Shown one piece after another: positions 18,413 to 27,158 of a DNA stretch of 32,000 nt. The stretch's first letter is position 1, and each line of letters starts with the position of its first letter. The translations under genes and the position numbers were made by a program. Source of the DNA: an archaeon (lineage in GTDB: Archaea > Iainarchaeota > Iainarchaeia > Iainarchaeales > 1-14-0-10-31-34); assembly GCA_024277355.1 (NCBI GenBank), contig JAJRVL010000004.1, forward strand, positions 90,001 to 122,000, read 5' to 3'. The notes below the pieces were generated by a model, which was given only the letters and a program-made list of their open reading frames with translations, did not search any database and was not told the DNA's origin.

Positions 18413-18434
18413 GCCGGACTTTTTACAAGCCGGC
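18413..18434 (-). terminator. Hairpin overlapping the metK stop codon, followed by T-rich sequence on the minus strand
   Basis: Arms GCCGG (18413-18417) and CCGGC (18430-18434), plus CTT/AAG next to a one-base bulge; the stop codon (18423-18425) lies in the loop; the minus strand downstream reads ...aactaattctttttatattttt. Confidence 0.5.
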
Positions 18435-19589
18435 TTCTTTTTTCAATAAATCTGTTTTATCAGTTTTTTCCCAGGTAAAATCAGGGTCATTTCTTCCAAA
18501 ATGGCCGTAAGCAGCAGTCTTTTTGTAAATAGGTCTTTTCAAATTTAACTGCTTTAAGATATCAGCTGGCTTTAAAGGAAAATGCTTTCTGACTAATTCA
18601 GCAATTTTGTCTTTAGAAATCTTTTCTGTTCCAAAACAATCCACATTAACTGAGACAGGTTCAGGAAAACCAATTGCATAAGCTAACTGAACTTCACATT
18701 TTGAAGCTAAACCTGCTGCAACAATATTTTTTGCAATATATCTTGCAGCATAAGCAGCACTTCTGTCAACCTTTGAAGGGTCTTTTCCTGAAAAAGCGCC
18801 TCCACCGTGTCTTCCAATGCCTCCATAAGTATCAACAATAATTTTTCTTCCAGTTAAACCTGCATCAGCATAAGGGCCGCCTCGAACAAAAGCACCAGTA
18901 GGATTAACATAAAACTTAGTATTTTCATCAATCCAATCCTTACAAACAGGCTTAATGATTTTTTCAATTACTTCAGATTTAATTGTATCATATTCAATTC
19001 CACCATTATGCTGAGTTGAAATCAAAATTGCATCAGCTCTTAAAGGTTTACCATTTTCATCATATTCAATAGTTACCTGGCTTTTGCCGTCAGGTCTTAA
19101 AAAATCAATTCCATTGCTTCTTCTTATTTCAGCTAATTTTTCGCATAATTTATGAGCCAAAACAATAGTTAAAGGCATTAATTCAGGTGTTTCATTACAG
19201 GCAAAACCATACATCATTCCCTGATCTCCCGCACCTTGTTCTTTAAATAATCCTTTTCCTTCAGTTACTCCTTGAGAAATATCAGGACTTTGTTCTGTAA
19301 TTTGAGTCCAAACTGAACAAGTTTCAAATTCAATACCATATTCAGCATCAGTGTAACCAATTTCTTTAATTGTATCTCTTACAACAGAAGGAATATCAAC
19401 ATAAGCTTTAGTGGTAATTTCACCAAAAACATTTACTCCTCCATTTTTTGTTGCTGTCTCGCAAGCAACTCTTGCTTCAGTATCTTGTGCAAAAATTGCA
19501 TCAAGAATTGCATCTGAAATTTTGTCACACATTTTATCAGGATGACCTTCAGTGACTGACTCTGAACTTAATAAAATTTTTTCTGCCAT
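18423..19589 (-). CDS. metK: S-adenosylmethionine synthetase, bacterial/eukaryotic-type MetK
   Basis: [24 protein letters not shown]; [16 protein letters not shown]; [29 protein letters not shown]; [22 protein letters not shown] at 19589 with GAGGTG upstream is preferred over the track start. Confidence 0.95.
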   Translation of the reverse strand: MAEKILLSSESVTEGHPDKMCDKISDAILDAIFAQDTEARVACETATKNGGVNVFGEITTKAYVDIPSVVRDTIKEIGYTDAEYGIEFETCSVWTQITEQSPDISQGVTEGKGLFKEQGAGDQGMMYGFACNETPELMPLTIVLAHKLCEKLAEIRRSNGIDFLRPDGKSQVTIEYDENGKPLRADAILISTQHNGGIEYDTIKSEVIEKIIKPVCKDWIDENTKFYVNPTGAFVRGGPYADAGLTGRKIIVDTYGGIGRHGGGAFSGKDPSKVDRSAAYAARYIAKNIVAAGLASKCEVQLAYAIGFPEPVSVNVDCFGTEKISKDKIAELVRKHFPLKPADILKQLNLKRPIYKKTAAYGHFGRNDPDFTWEKTDKTDLLKKEAGL

Positions 19590-19709
19590 AAAAATACACA
19601 CCTCATTAATAAAAAATCTAAAATAGATAAATAAAAAACAACACATAACTTTAAAAGAATAATTACAGAATAAAATATTCTTTAGAGAATAATATTAGAG
19701 GCTTTGTTT

Positions 19710-20267
19710 ATGATTCCGGAGTTAAGCGAAATACGAATTAAAAGAAAAGAACTTCATTTGACACAAGAAGAACTTTCAGAAAAAAGCAGCGTACCGCAGT
19801 CAGTTATTGCAAAAATAGAAAACAATAAAGTAATTCCTTCATATGAAAACGCAAAAAGAATTTTTGATGCATTAAGCTTTGAACTGAAAAAAAAACAGAC
19901 AGTAAAAAGCATTATGAGAAAAACACTTGTTTCAGTTTTAGAAAAAGAAAAAGTTTCTGAAGCAATTAATTTAATGAATAAACATGGAATAAGCCAGCTG
20001 CCTGTAATGAAAAAAAACATTCCAATTGGAACAGTAACAGAAAAAAATTTAATTGAAAAAATTAATTCAGGAACAATAAATTCTTCAGATAAAGTAAAAG
20101 AAGTAATGGAAGGTTGTCTTCCAATACTTGAAAGCAATTCAGTAATTGAAGTTGTTTCTTCTTTATTAAAATATTATCCTGCAGCATTAATCAAAGAAAA
20201 AGACAAAATAGTAGGAATTGTTACAAGAACAAATATTATAAGAAAGGCAATTCCTTCAAAAAGCTGA
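19710..20267 (+). CDS. XRE-family HTH plus CBS-domain-pair regulator
   Basis: RIKRKELHLTQEELSEKSSVPQSVIAKIENNKVIPSYENAKRIF HTH; two CBS units (EAINLMNKHGISQLPVM...GTVTEKNLI; SVIEVVSSLLKYYPAALI...GIVTRTNII). Track start 19704 is TTG; ATG at 19710 preferred. Confidence 0.85.
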   Translation: MIPELSEIRIKRKELHLTQEELSEKSSVPQSVIAKIENNKVIPSYENAKRIFDALSFELKKKQTVKSIMRKTLVSVLEKEKVSEAINLMNKHGISQLPVMKKNIPIGTVTEKNLIEKINSGTINSSDKVKEVMEGCLPILESNSVIEVVSSLLKYYPAALIKEKDKIVGIVTRTNIIRKAIPSKS

Positions 20268-20295
20268 AACAAATTTAAGACAAATGACGAACAGA

Positions 20296-20322
20296 AAGTT
20301 ATTTATAACTTAATTAAGTTAT
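20296..20322. promoter_or_regulatory. Nested palindromes upstream of DUF5678-like gene
   Basis: AAGTTAT-TT-ATAACTT followed by AACTTAATTAAGTT, giving three arms of the same heptamer (AAGTTAT, its complement, AAGTTAT). Confidence 0.4.
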
Positions 20323-20348
20323 TAAATAGTTTATAGGAGACTTACTTT

Positions 20349-20561
20349 ATGAATACTAATCCAAATATGTCAAATTACAATAATTTTTATGCTAATGCTG
20401 ATTTATCAAAATACGCCGGAGAATGGGTTGCAATAATTAACAGTAAAGTTGTAGCTCATGGAAAAAACTTAAAAGACATTATGAAAAAAGCTAAGGAAAA
20501 AGATTCTACTATTACTCCATTTATTGCTAAAATCCCTTTAAAAGAAATCATGATTTGGTGA
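20349..20561 (+). CDS. DUF5678-like small protein (70 aa)
   Basis: DLSKYAGEWVAIINSKVVAHGKNLKDIMKKAKEK is characteristic; AGGAG at 20335-20339. Confidence 0.65.
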   Translation: MNTNPNMSNYNNFYANADLSKYAGEWVAIINSKVVAHGKNLKDIMKKAKEKDSTITPFIAKIPLKEIMIW

Positions 20562-20977
20562 TTTTTTTGTCTCTTTCTTTCAGATACAGGAAAGAAAAAT
20601 TCAAGAATAAAACAAGCTATTTTCCAAAAATTCCAGTATTACTTTATAACGAAGGAATTTCCATAGAAACTCCTGCATTACTTGATTCAGGGGCAACAGA
20701 TTTGTTTATTCCAAAAGAAATTGCAGAAGAATTTGAACTTAACTTAAGAAATCCAGATACTGCAGAAAGCTGGACTGGAAAATTTAAAGTCTGGGAATCA
20801 AGGATAGGAATAGTTGTAGGAAAAGGAAGCCAAACTTTTAGAAAAGTACTTCCCTGCATTGTTCCAGATAAAAAAGGAGAACACGATCAAGTTGTTCTTG
20901 GGAGAAGTTTCTTCAGATTTTTTGAAATTACCTTTAATGAAGACAAAAAAATAACAAAATTAAAAAGACTTGTCTGA
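20558..20977 (+). CDS. Retropepsin-like aspartic protease family protein (~139 aa)
   Basis: ALLDSGATDLFIP active-site motif; VVLGRSFFRFFEI. GTG at 20558 overlaps the upstream TGA (GTGA). Confidence 0.7.
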   Translation: MIFLSLSFRYRKEKFKNKTSYFPKIPVLLYNEGISIETPALLDSGATDLFIPKEIAEEFELNLRNPDTAESWTGKFKVWESRIGIVVGKGSQTFRKVLPCIVPDKKGEHDQVVLGRSFFRFFEITFNEDKKITKLKRLV

Positions 20978-21019
20978 AAAAACTATTTAAGCTATTTTTC
21001 GCAGCACAGTTATATTTAA

Positions 21020-21053
21020 ATATTTGTTTTAACTCTATAGTAATAACAAATAT
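21020..21053. promoter_or_regulatory. 9-bp perfect inverted repeat upstream of the three-gene surface-protein operon
   Basis: ATATTTGTT (21020-21028) and AACAAATAT (21045-21053), 16-nt spacer. Confidence 0.35.
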
Positions 21054-21080
21054 ACATAAGTTTGTGTGTTTTGTGGTTTA

Positions 21081-21866
21081 ATGAAATTAAAATATTTAAT
21101 TCTTCCTTTGCTTTTGGTTTTTGCATTAAATGCAAATGCTTTTACTTCTGATTTACCTAATTTTATTAATTTTTATGAAGAACCTGAAACAATAAGTTTT
21201 TTTGTTGAAAATGATTCAGGAAGCATTCAGCCATTAAATATCAGTGTTTTTTCTCCTTTAGCTTATGAAATACAGGGAAAAAAGAATTTTATTGAATCAG
21301 GAGAAAAAATTCAGATTGACTTAGTTTTTTTTCCTAAAGAAGAATTAATTAATTCAGTTTATGAGTCAAGTGTTTTAATTGAATTAGGAAATGAAAAAAC
21401 AAAAAATAATTTTTCAATGTATTTTTTGAAAAGAAATTTTTGTCCAATGGAATTTAATGCAGAACAAAAAGGAAATTTAATTGAAGTTAAAGTAAAAAAT
21501 AATTCTTTTTATGAAACTAAACTGGAAGTTTTAGGATTAAAAAATAAAGAAAACTGGAGTATAGAAAAAAAAGTTTTTTCTTTTGATTCAGATGAAGAAA
21601 AAATCATTTCGTTAAGTGTTTCAGGTTTTGGTTCAGAAGAAAATAATTCAGTTTTAATTAAATGCAATGAATTAGAAGAAGAATTTAATGTAAAATTAGA
21701 AAGCAGGAATTCAAATGTTATTTCAGCAACAGGCAATGTTCTTGTCACTGAATTTGGAGAATTAACTGAACCAATTAATGTTGTTTTAATTGTAATTGCT
21801 TCAGTTTTATTGATTTTATTTATTTCAAGATTAGTTAAAAGATTAAACAAGGAGGAAATTAAATGA
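21081..21866 (+). CDS. Secreted/type I membrane protein, single C-terminal TM
   Basis: Signal peptide MKLKYLILPLLLVFALNANAFT (ATG 21081 chosen over 21066); TM NVVLIVIASVLLILFIS. Confidence 0.7.
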   Translation: MKLKYLILPLLLVFALNANAFTSDLPNFINFYEEPETISFFVENDSGSIQPLNISVFSPLAYEIQGKKNFIESGEKIQIDLVFFPKEELINSVYESSVLIELGNEKTKNNFSMYFLKRNFCPMEFNAEQKGNLIEVKVKNNSFYETKLEVLGLKNKENWSIEKKVFSFDSDEEKIISLSVSGFGSEENNSVLIKCNELEEEFNVKLESRNSNVISATGNVLVTEFGELTEPINVVLIVIASVLLILFISRLVKRLNKEEIK

Positions 21867-23635
21867 AAAAATTAATGTTGTTTTTGATTTTGATTGCATT
21901 GCTTTCAAATGTTAATGCTTTAATTGAACCTGAAAAAAATATTGTTTCAGTGGCTTATGATGAAAGTTTTTCTGTTGCAGTTAAAGTGAAAAATGATTCA
22001 AATGAAAAAGCATTAATTCATTTAAGTTCTTTTAGTTCAATTAAAACAGATTTTTCGGTTAATGATTTTTATTTAAATGCAGGAGAAGAAACAGTTATTG
22101 CATTGAATATTCTTTCATATTATTATAACAGCAATACTAATATTGAATTAAGAGCAGAATACAATGGAATTACTGAATATGCTGATTTAACTGTTATTAC
22201 AGGAAACAGTTCAGGAAAAGTCAACTTAAAATATTACAAGCAGAATATATGCAGGAATGGATTAGATAAATTAAGTTTATGGATTAAAAATGATTCTTTA
22301 ATTACCCAAAAAATTAAGTTAAGTGCTGACTCAGAAGTTTTTTTGCCTTCAATTTACCCTGAATTAATTGAATTAAATGCAGGACAAGAAAGATTTGTTG
22401 AATTAGAATTATATTCAAATAATTCTTTTCCATTAAAAGATTATTCAGTTAATGTTGTACTTGAATCAGAAAATGAAATTACTTCAAGAGAAATATTTTT
22501 TGAGTTAACTGAATGCATTGAAATAGAAAAAGGATTTAGATTAATTATTCCTGATTCTTTTTTGAGTATTGAAAAAGGAGAAACCAAAAAAATTTATTTT
22601 AGTGCAAGAAATTTAAGTGATAAAGATAATGAAATTTCTTTTGCAGTTAAATCAGATTTAATTACTGAATTACAGCAGACTAAAACTGTGTTGGCTGAAG
22701 GAGAAACAAGAAGATACTGGATTGAAGTAAAAGCATTAAAAACTGATGAAGCAGGAAAACATAAACTTGAATTATATGCATTTAATCCTTTTATTGAAAT
22801 AAAAAAAATAATTAATGTTAATGTAAAAAAAATGCATGAAGTTAATGCAGAATTATTAACTGATAACCTTGAAATTGAAAGAGGCCATTCAGGTGTTTTT
22901 TCTTTGTTAATTGAAAACAAAGGCGATTATAAAGAAAAAATTGAAATAAATTATTTTTCTGAAGAAGAAATTAATGTTTTGTTTTCAGAAAACGATTTTT
23001 ATTTAAATGAAAAAACTGATAAAAAAATTTATTTTTCTATTAACCCTTTAGTTAATGCAGAATTAGGAGAAAAAGAAATTGAAGTTAAAGTTAATGAAAA
23101 AACAATTTTAGTTAATTTTAGTGTAATAGAAGAAGAAAAACCATTAATTACTTCAGGAGTAATTGAATTGCTTTCAGTTCCTGAAAAAATCACTTTAACT
23201 GAAGAAACAGAAATAAAGGTTCTAATTAAAAACATTTCAGGAGAAAAAATTGAAAATACATTCTTTTGGATTGAAGGCCTTCCTAAAGGAACTGCCTTTG
23301 AATCAGTTTCAATTAAAGAAATAAACAACGAAAAAACAAAAGAGTTTACTGGAAAAATTCTTTTAGATGAAAAAGCAGTAAAAGGAAGTTATAGTATTAC
23401 ATTAGTTTTTGAAAACAGTAAATTCAGACAAAAAAAAGAAATACAATTAATTATTCTGGAACAAGAAAAACAAGAAGAAAAAGAAATACATGAAAATGAT
23501 TTTCTTGCAGGCTTGATTTCTTTTGGTTCAATGGAAGGAATTGGATTAATTGTAATTGCATTAATTATTTTAATTTTGTTATTAAATCCAGGAAAACAAA
23601 AAGAAAAATGGAATATAAGGGGGAATAAAAAGTGA
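21863..23635 (+). CDS. Surface protein with Ig/NEW3-like repeats and C-terminal TM (590 aa)
   Basis: Signal peptide MKKLMLFLILIALLSNVNALIEP; beta-rich VKVKNDSNEKALIHLSSF / LSLWIKNDSLITQKIKLSA; TM MEGIGLIVIALIILILLL; ATGA overlap with previous gene. Confidence 0.75.
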   Translation: MKKLMLFLILIALLSNVNALIEPEKNIVSVAYDESFSVAVKVKNDSNEKALIHLSSFSSIKTDFSVNDFYLNAGEETVIALNILSYYYNSNTNIELRAEYNGITEYADLTVITGNSSGKVNLKYYKQNICRNGLDKLSLWIKNDSLITQKIKLSADSEVFLPSIYPELIELNAGQERFVELELYSNNSFPLKDYSVNVVLESENEITSREIFFELTECIEIEKGFRLIIPDSFLSIEKGETKKIYFSARNLSDKDNEISFAVKSDLITELQQTKTVLAEGETRRYWIEVKALKTDEAGKHKLELYAFNPFIEIKKIINVNVKKMHEVNAELLTDNLEIERGHSGVFSLLIENKGDYKEKIEINYFSEEEINVLFSENDFYLNEKTDKKIYFSINPLVNAELGEKEIEVKVNEKTILVNFSVIEEEKPLITSGVIELLSVPEKITLTEETEIKVLIKNISGEKIENTFFWIEGLPKGTAFESVSIKEINNEKTKEFTGKILLDEKAVKGSYSITLVFENSKFRQKKEIQLIILEQEKQEEKEIHENDFLAGLISFGSMEGIGLIVIALIILILLLNPGKQKEKWNIRGNKK

Positions 23636-26121
23636 ATAAAAAGAATTTTTTATGGATTGGAATAGGAGTAATATTAATTTTAATGAGTTTTATAGTTAAT
23701 GCTCATACTTTAAACGGAGACTTCAGCGGAATAGCTTTTCAGGGAGAAACAATTGAAAGTGCTTTTGTTTTATGCAACACAAGTGATTCAAGTGAAAACT
23801 TCAGAATAAATTCAGATAATTCATGGATGACTTTAAGGCCTTTAAGTGTTTACTTAAATGCAAATTCATGCGGAGAATTTTTTGCTTTTACTACCCCGGA
23901 TCCATATGCCCAATCAGGAAATTATGAAATAACAATTACTGCTCAAGGAAACCAAAGTATTTCAGGAATATTTGATTTAACTGTAGCAGAAGGACACAAA
24001 ATAAACATTCAGTCAAATCAAAGTTTAATTAATTCAACTCAATGCAAAGAAGAATTATTTAAATTTGAATTAACTAACACAGGAATATTTGATGAAAAAA
24101 TACTTCTTTCAGTTGAAGGATTAAATCAAAACTGGATTGAATTAAGTTCAGAAGAAATTCTTTTACCAAAAAATTCAATGCAGGAACTTGAATTAAAAGT
24201 TTTAATTCCTTGTAATCAGGAAACAAAAAACTATGACTTAAAATTAAAAGCAGAACTAAAAAACACAGGAATAACTAAAACAAAAAATATTTCATTAAAC
24301 ATTGAAAACGCACAAGAAATTTTAATTCAGAATAAATCTTTCAGTTCATGCAATGACTTAAAAACAAAAGATTCAATTTCATTAACAAATACTGGTTTAT
24401 TAACTGATGAATTAACTTTAGAAATTCAGGGAAATAACTGGATTTCATTAAACCAGACAAAAATTTCATTAAATTCAAATGAAACAAAAGAAATTGAATT
24501 AAATTTTAATGGAATAGAAACTGAAGCAAAAAATTATTCTTTTACTTTAAAAGTTTACTCAGAAAAATTCAATCAATTATATGAAAAAGAATTTAATGTT
24601 TTAATTGAAGACTGCTTTGATTTAAGCATTGAATCCCAATCAAAAGAAACAGCTTGCATTGAATCAAATCCAGAAGCAGTTTATATTCTGAAAAACAATG
24701 GAACAAAAAAAATGGTTTTTCAGTTAAACCTTGAAGGCATTAAAGCAGAATTAGAAAAAAATTCTGTTTCATTAAATTCAAATGAAAGCATTGAAGTAAA
24801 AGCAAAACTTGATTTCAGTGAAAGCAAAACAGGAGAAACAAACTTTGTTTTTATTGCTGACTCAGAAAACTATTCAAAAAGCATTGAAAACACAATATTA
24901 ATACAGGACTGTTATAATACTGAAACAATTGTTCCTGAATTAAATTTATGCAAAGAAATTCCATCAACAAACAATATTACAATAAAAAATACCGGAACAG
25001 AAAAACAAGTTTTTTCAGTTTCCTCAACAGTTGAATGGATTAACTTAAAAGAAACAGACTTTGAATTAAATTCAAATGAAGAAAGAATAATTGAATTAAA
25101 TGCTTTACCAAAAAAAGATTCAACTGAAAACAGGTATTCAATTAAAACAAAAACAGAAAACAACCAGTTTATAATGAACGGAAAAATCAATTATTTAAAT
25201 GAAACTGAATGTTTTGGAATAGAAATGACTAACTTAAAAAATACCATTGATGTTAATGCAGGAGAAGGTGCAGTAACAACCATTAAAGTTTCAAACAAAG
25301 GAAAAACCATTCAGACAGTAAGTTTTGATTTAAAAGAATTATGGGTTTATTTTAATCCAAAAGAATTTTCTTTAAATAAAGGAGAAACAAAAGAAATTTA
25401 CGTTTATTTTAATCCTCCTTTTGACTTTAAAGAAGAACAAGCAGTAGTAATAGTTAAAGCAAAAACAAACTTTGGTTTTGAAACACAAAAACAAGTTGAA
25501 GTAAATGTTTTTGGAGGAAGTATTGTATTAACTATTAATCCTGAAGACATTAAAGTTAATTCAAAAGAAGTGGAATTAAAAGATACAAACGAAAATACAA
25601 TTGAAATTAAAATTGAAATAGAAAACAATACAGAAACAAGCATGAAAATACTTGACGTAAAAACAAATTTTGATTCAAGTTATTTTATTGAAGAACCAGT
25701 AATAAAAAAAGATTCAACAAGAGAAATATTACTGAAATTTACTGCAAGTGAAGAACTTGAATTAAATGGATTAGAGATTCCGGTTGAAATAATTTCAGAT
25801 AAAGGAACTTATTATAAAATTGTAAAACTTCCTGAAAAAGAAACAAAAGAAGACCAAGAAAAAACAGGAGAAACAGGGTTTGTTTTATTCGGAGAAAATG
25901 ATTATGTTTTAGTTATTCTTGTTGTAATTGTAGTTATTTTAATTATTATGGCTGCATTAAGAACAGATGAAAAATCAAACAAAGAAGAAAAAGGCACAGT
26001 AGTTGATTATTCTCCTGAACAGGACTTCCAGAAAGAACTCAAAGAAATAATTACAAAAAAACCTCAGACAAGGAAAAAAACAAGCAGTAAAACAAAGAAA
26101 AAACCAACAAGAAAAAGATAA
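23632..26121 (+). CDS. Surface protein with tandem Cys-punctuated Ig/NEW3-like repeats, C-terminal TM and basic tail (829 aa)
   Basis: GTG start overlapping TGA (GTGA); repeats of 'C..-LTNTG-...-NWI.L...I.LN.NE..EIEL'; TM YVLVILVVIVVILIIMAAL; tail KTSSKTKKKPTRKR. Confidence 0.75.
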   Translation: MNKKNFLWIGIGVILILMSFIVNAHTLNGDFSGIAFQGETIESAFVLCNTSDSSENFRINSDNSWMTLRPLSVYLNANSCGEFFAFTTPDPYAQSGNYEITITAQGNQSISGIFDLTVAEGHKINIQSNQSLINSTQCKEELFKFELTNTGIFDEKILLSVEGLNQNWIELSSEEILLPKNSMQELELKVLIPCNQETKNYDLKLKAELKNTGITKTKNISLNIENAQEILIQNKSFSSCNDLKTKDSISLTNTGLLTDELTLEIQGNNWISLNQTKISLNSNETKEIELNFNGIETEAKNYSFTLKVYSEKFNQLYEKEFNVLIEDCFDLSIESQSKETACIESNPEAVYILKNNGTKKMVFQLNLEGIKAELEKNSVSLNSNESIEVKAKLDFSESKTGETNFVFIADSENYSKSIENTILIQDCYNTETIVPELNLCKEIPSTNNITIKNTGTEKQVFSVSSTVEWINLKETDFELNSNEERIIELNALPKKDSTENRYSIKTKTENNQFIMNGKINYLNETECFGIEMTNLKNTIDVNAGEGAVTTIKVSNKGKTIQTVSFDLKELWVYFNPKEFSLNKGETKEIYVYFNPPFDFKEEQAVVIVKAKTNFGFETQKQVEVNVFGGSIVLTINPEDIKVNSKEVELKDTNENTIEIKIEIENNTETSMKILDVKTNFDSSYFIEEPVIKKDSTREILLKFTASEELELNGLEIPVEIISDKGTYYKIVKLPEKETKEDQEKTGETGFVLFGENDYVLVILVVIVVILIIMAALRTDEKSNKEEKGTVVDYSPEQDFQKELKEIITKKPQTRKKTSSKTKKKPTRKR

Positions 26122-26244
26122 TTAAATATAAAAAAACAAAAAAAAACTAAACAAAATAAACATAAAAAAATAAAGAATAAACAAAATAAACCAGAAACAG
26201 CAATTACAGTTATTTTAAATAGTTTTAATTGCATTTAATTATTT

Positions 26245-26814
26245 ATGAATCGTTTTGTAAGCGACAAAAACATATTAAATGAATTCATAAAAGATTTTGT
26301 TAAAGTTATTGAAAAAAATAAAATAAATTACATTATTGTTTCAGGTTTTGTTGCAATTTCTCATGGAAGAAGCAGAGGAACAGAAGATATTGACTTAATA
26401 ATTGAAAGAATTTCCTTTGAACAATTCAATAAATTCCATAAAAACATAACTAAAACTGATTTTGAATGCCTTCAGGGAAAAAACCCTGACAGGTTATTTA
26501 CTGATTATTTAAAAGAAAATCTTAGTTTACGTTATGTAAGAAAAAATAGTTTTATTCCTGAAATGGAAATGAAAATGTCAAAAGATGCTTTAGATGAAAA
26601 ACAGTTAAATGAAAAAACAAAACTTAAATTAACTGGACTTCCATTTTATTTTTCTACTATTGAAACAAATATTGCATTTAAAGAAGAATTATTTAAATCC
26701 CCAAAAGACATTGAAGATTCAAGACATTTACGCATAATTTATGCTGAAGAATTAAATGAAAGCAAAATAAATGAAATAAAAAGATTAATAAGAAAATACA
26801 GGCTAAAAGATTAA
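26245..26814 (+). CDS. Nucleotidyltransferase-fold protein
   Basis: NYIIVSGFVAISHGRSRGTEDIDLIIE matches the G[GS]..(A/R)GT.D(I/V)D pattern of NTase-fold proteins. Confidence 0.65.
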   Translation: MNRFVSDKNILNEFIKDFVKVIEKNKINYIIVSGFVAISHGRSRGTEDIDLIIERISFEQFNKFHKNITKTDFECLQGKNPDRLFTDYLKENLSLRYVRKNSFIPEMEMKMSKDALDEKQLNEKTKLKLTGLPFYFSTIETNIAFKEELFKSPKDIEDSRHLRIIYAEELNESKINEIKRLIRKYRLKD

Positions 26815-26815
26815 T

Positions 26816-27004
26816 ATGAAAAATGAAAGATTAGAACATGTTGAAAAATGGGCTTTTCACTGTAAAAACAACATAAAGGAATGCCAAAAAGAATTAACTC
26901 CTTTTATTAATGCTCAAATAGAAAACGCAAACAAATTCTATAAAAAACTTGCTAAAACAAAAAACGGCAAAGAAAAAATAAAGAAAATAAAAAGAATTAA
27001 ATAA
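26816..27004 (+). CDS. Small protein downstream of nucleotidyltransferase (62 aa)
   Basis: ATG one nt after the upstream TAA; charged helical sequence LEHVEKWAFHCKNNIKECQKELTPFINAQIENANKFYKKLAKTKNGKEKI. Confidence 0.5.
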   Translation: MKNERLEHVEKWAFHCKNNIKECQKELTPFINAQIENANKFYKKLAKTKNGKEKIKKIKRIK

Positions 27005-27158
27005 ACATTAAAAAAAGAAAACAAACAAATTAAATAAAATTAAATAAAAAAAATTAATAAAAAGTAAGTATAAAAAAACGAAAAAATTACTGAAAAAATC
27101 AAAGAAAATAAAAAAAATAATAAAATTAAATAAACAAAATAGTATGCAAAAAAATTAA

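Noticed and set aside
19754-20137. Minus-strand ORF (127 aa) opposite the HTH-CBS gene
   Set aside because: Antisense to a gene with recognised HTH and CBS motifs.
22594-25643. Minus-strand ORFs (108, 99, 92, 79 aa) opposite surface-protein genes
   Set aside because: Shadow ORFs in long AT-rich coding regions; no start context or domain signal.
27005-27158. A-rich 154-bp intergenic region considered as a CRISPR leader, tRNA or ncRNA
   Set aside because: No repeated unit with spacers, no cloverleaf-like stems; best explained as T-tract termination for TrmB on the minus strand plus compositional bias.
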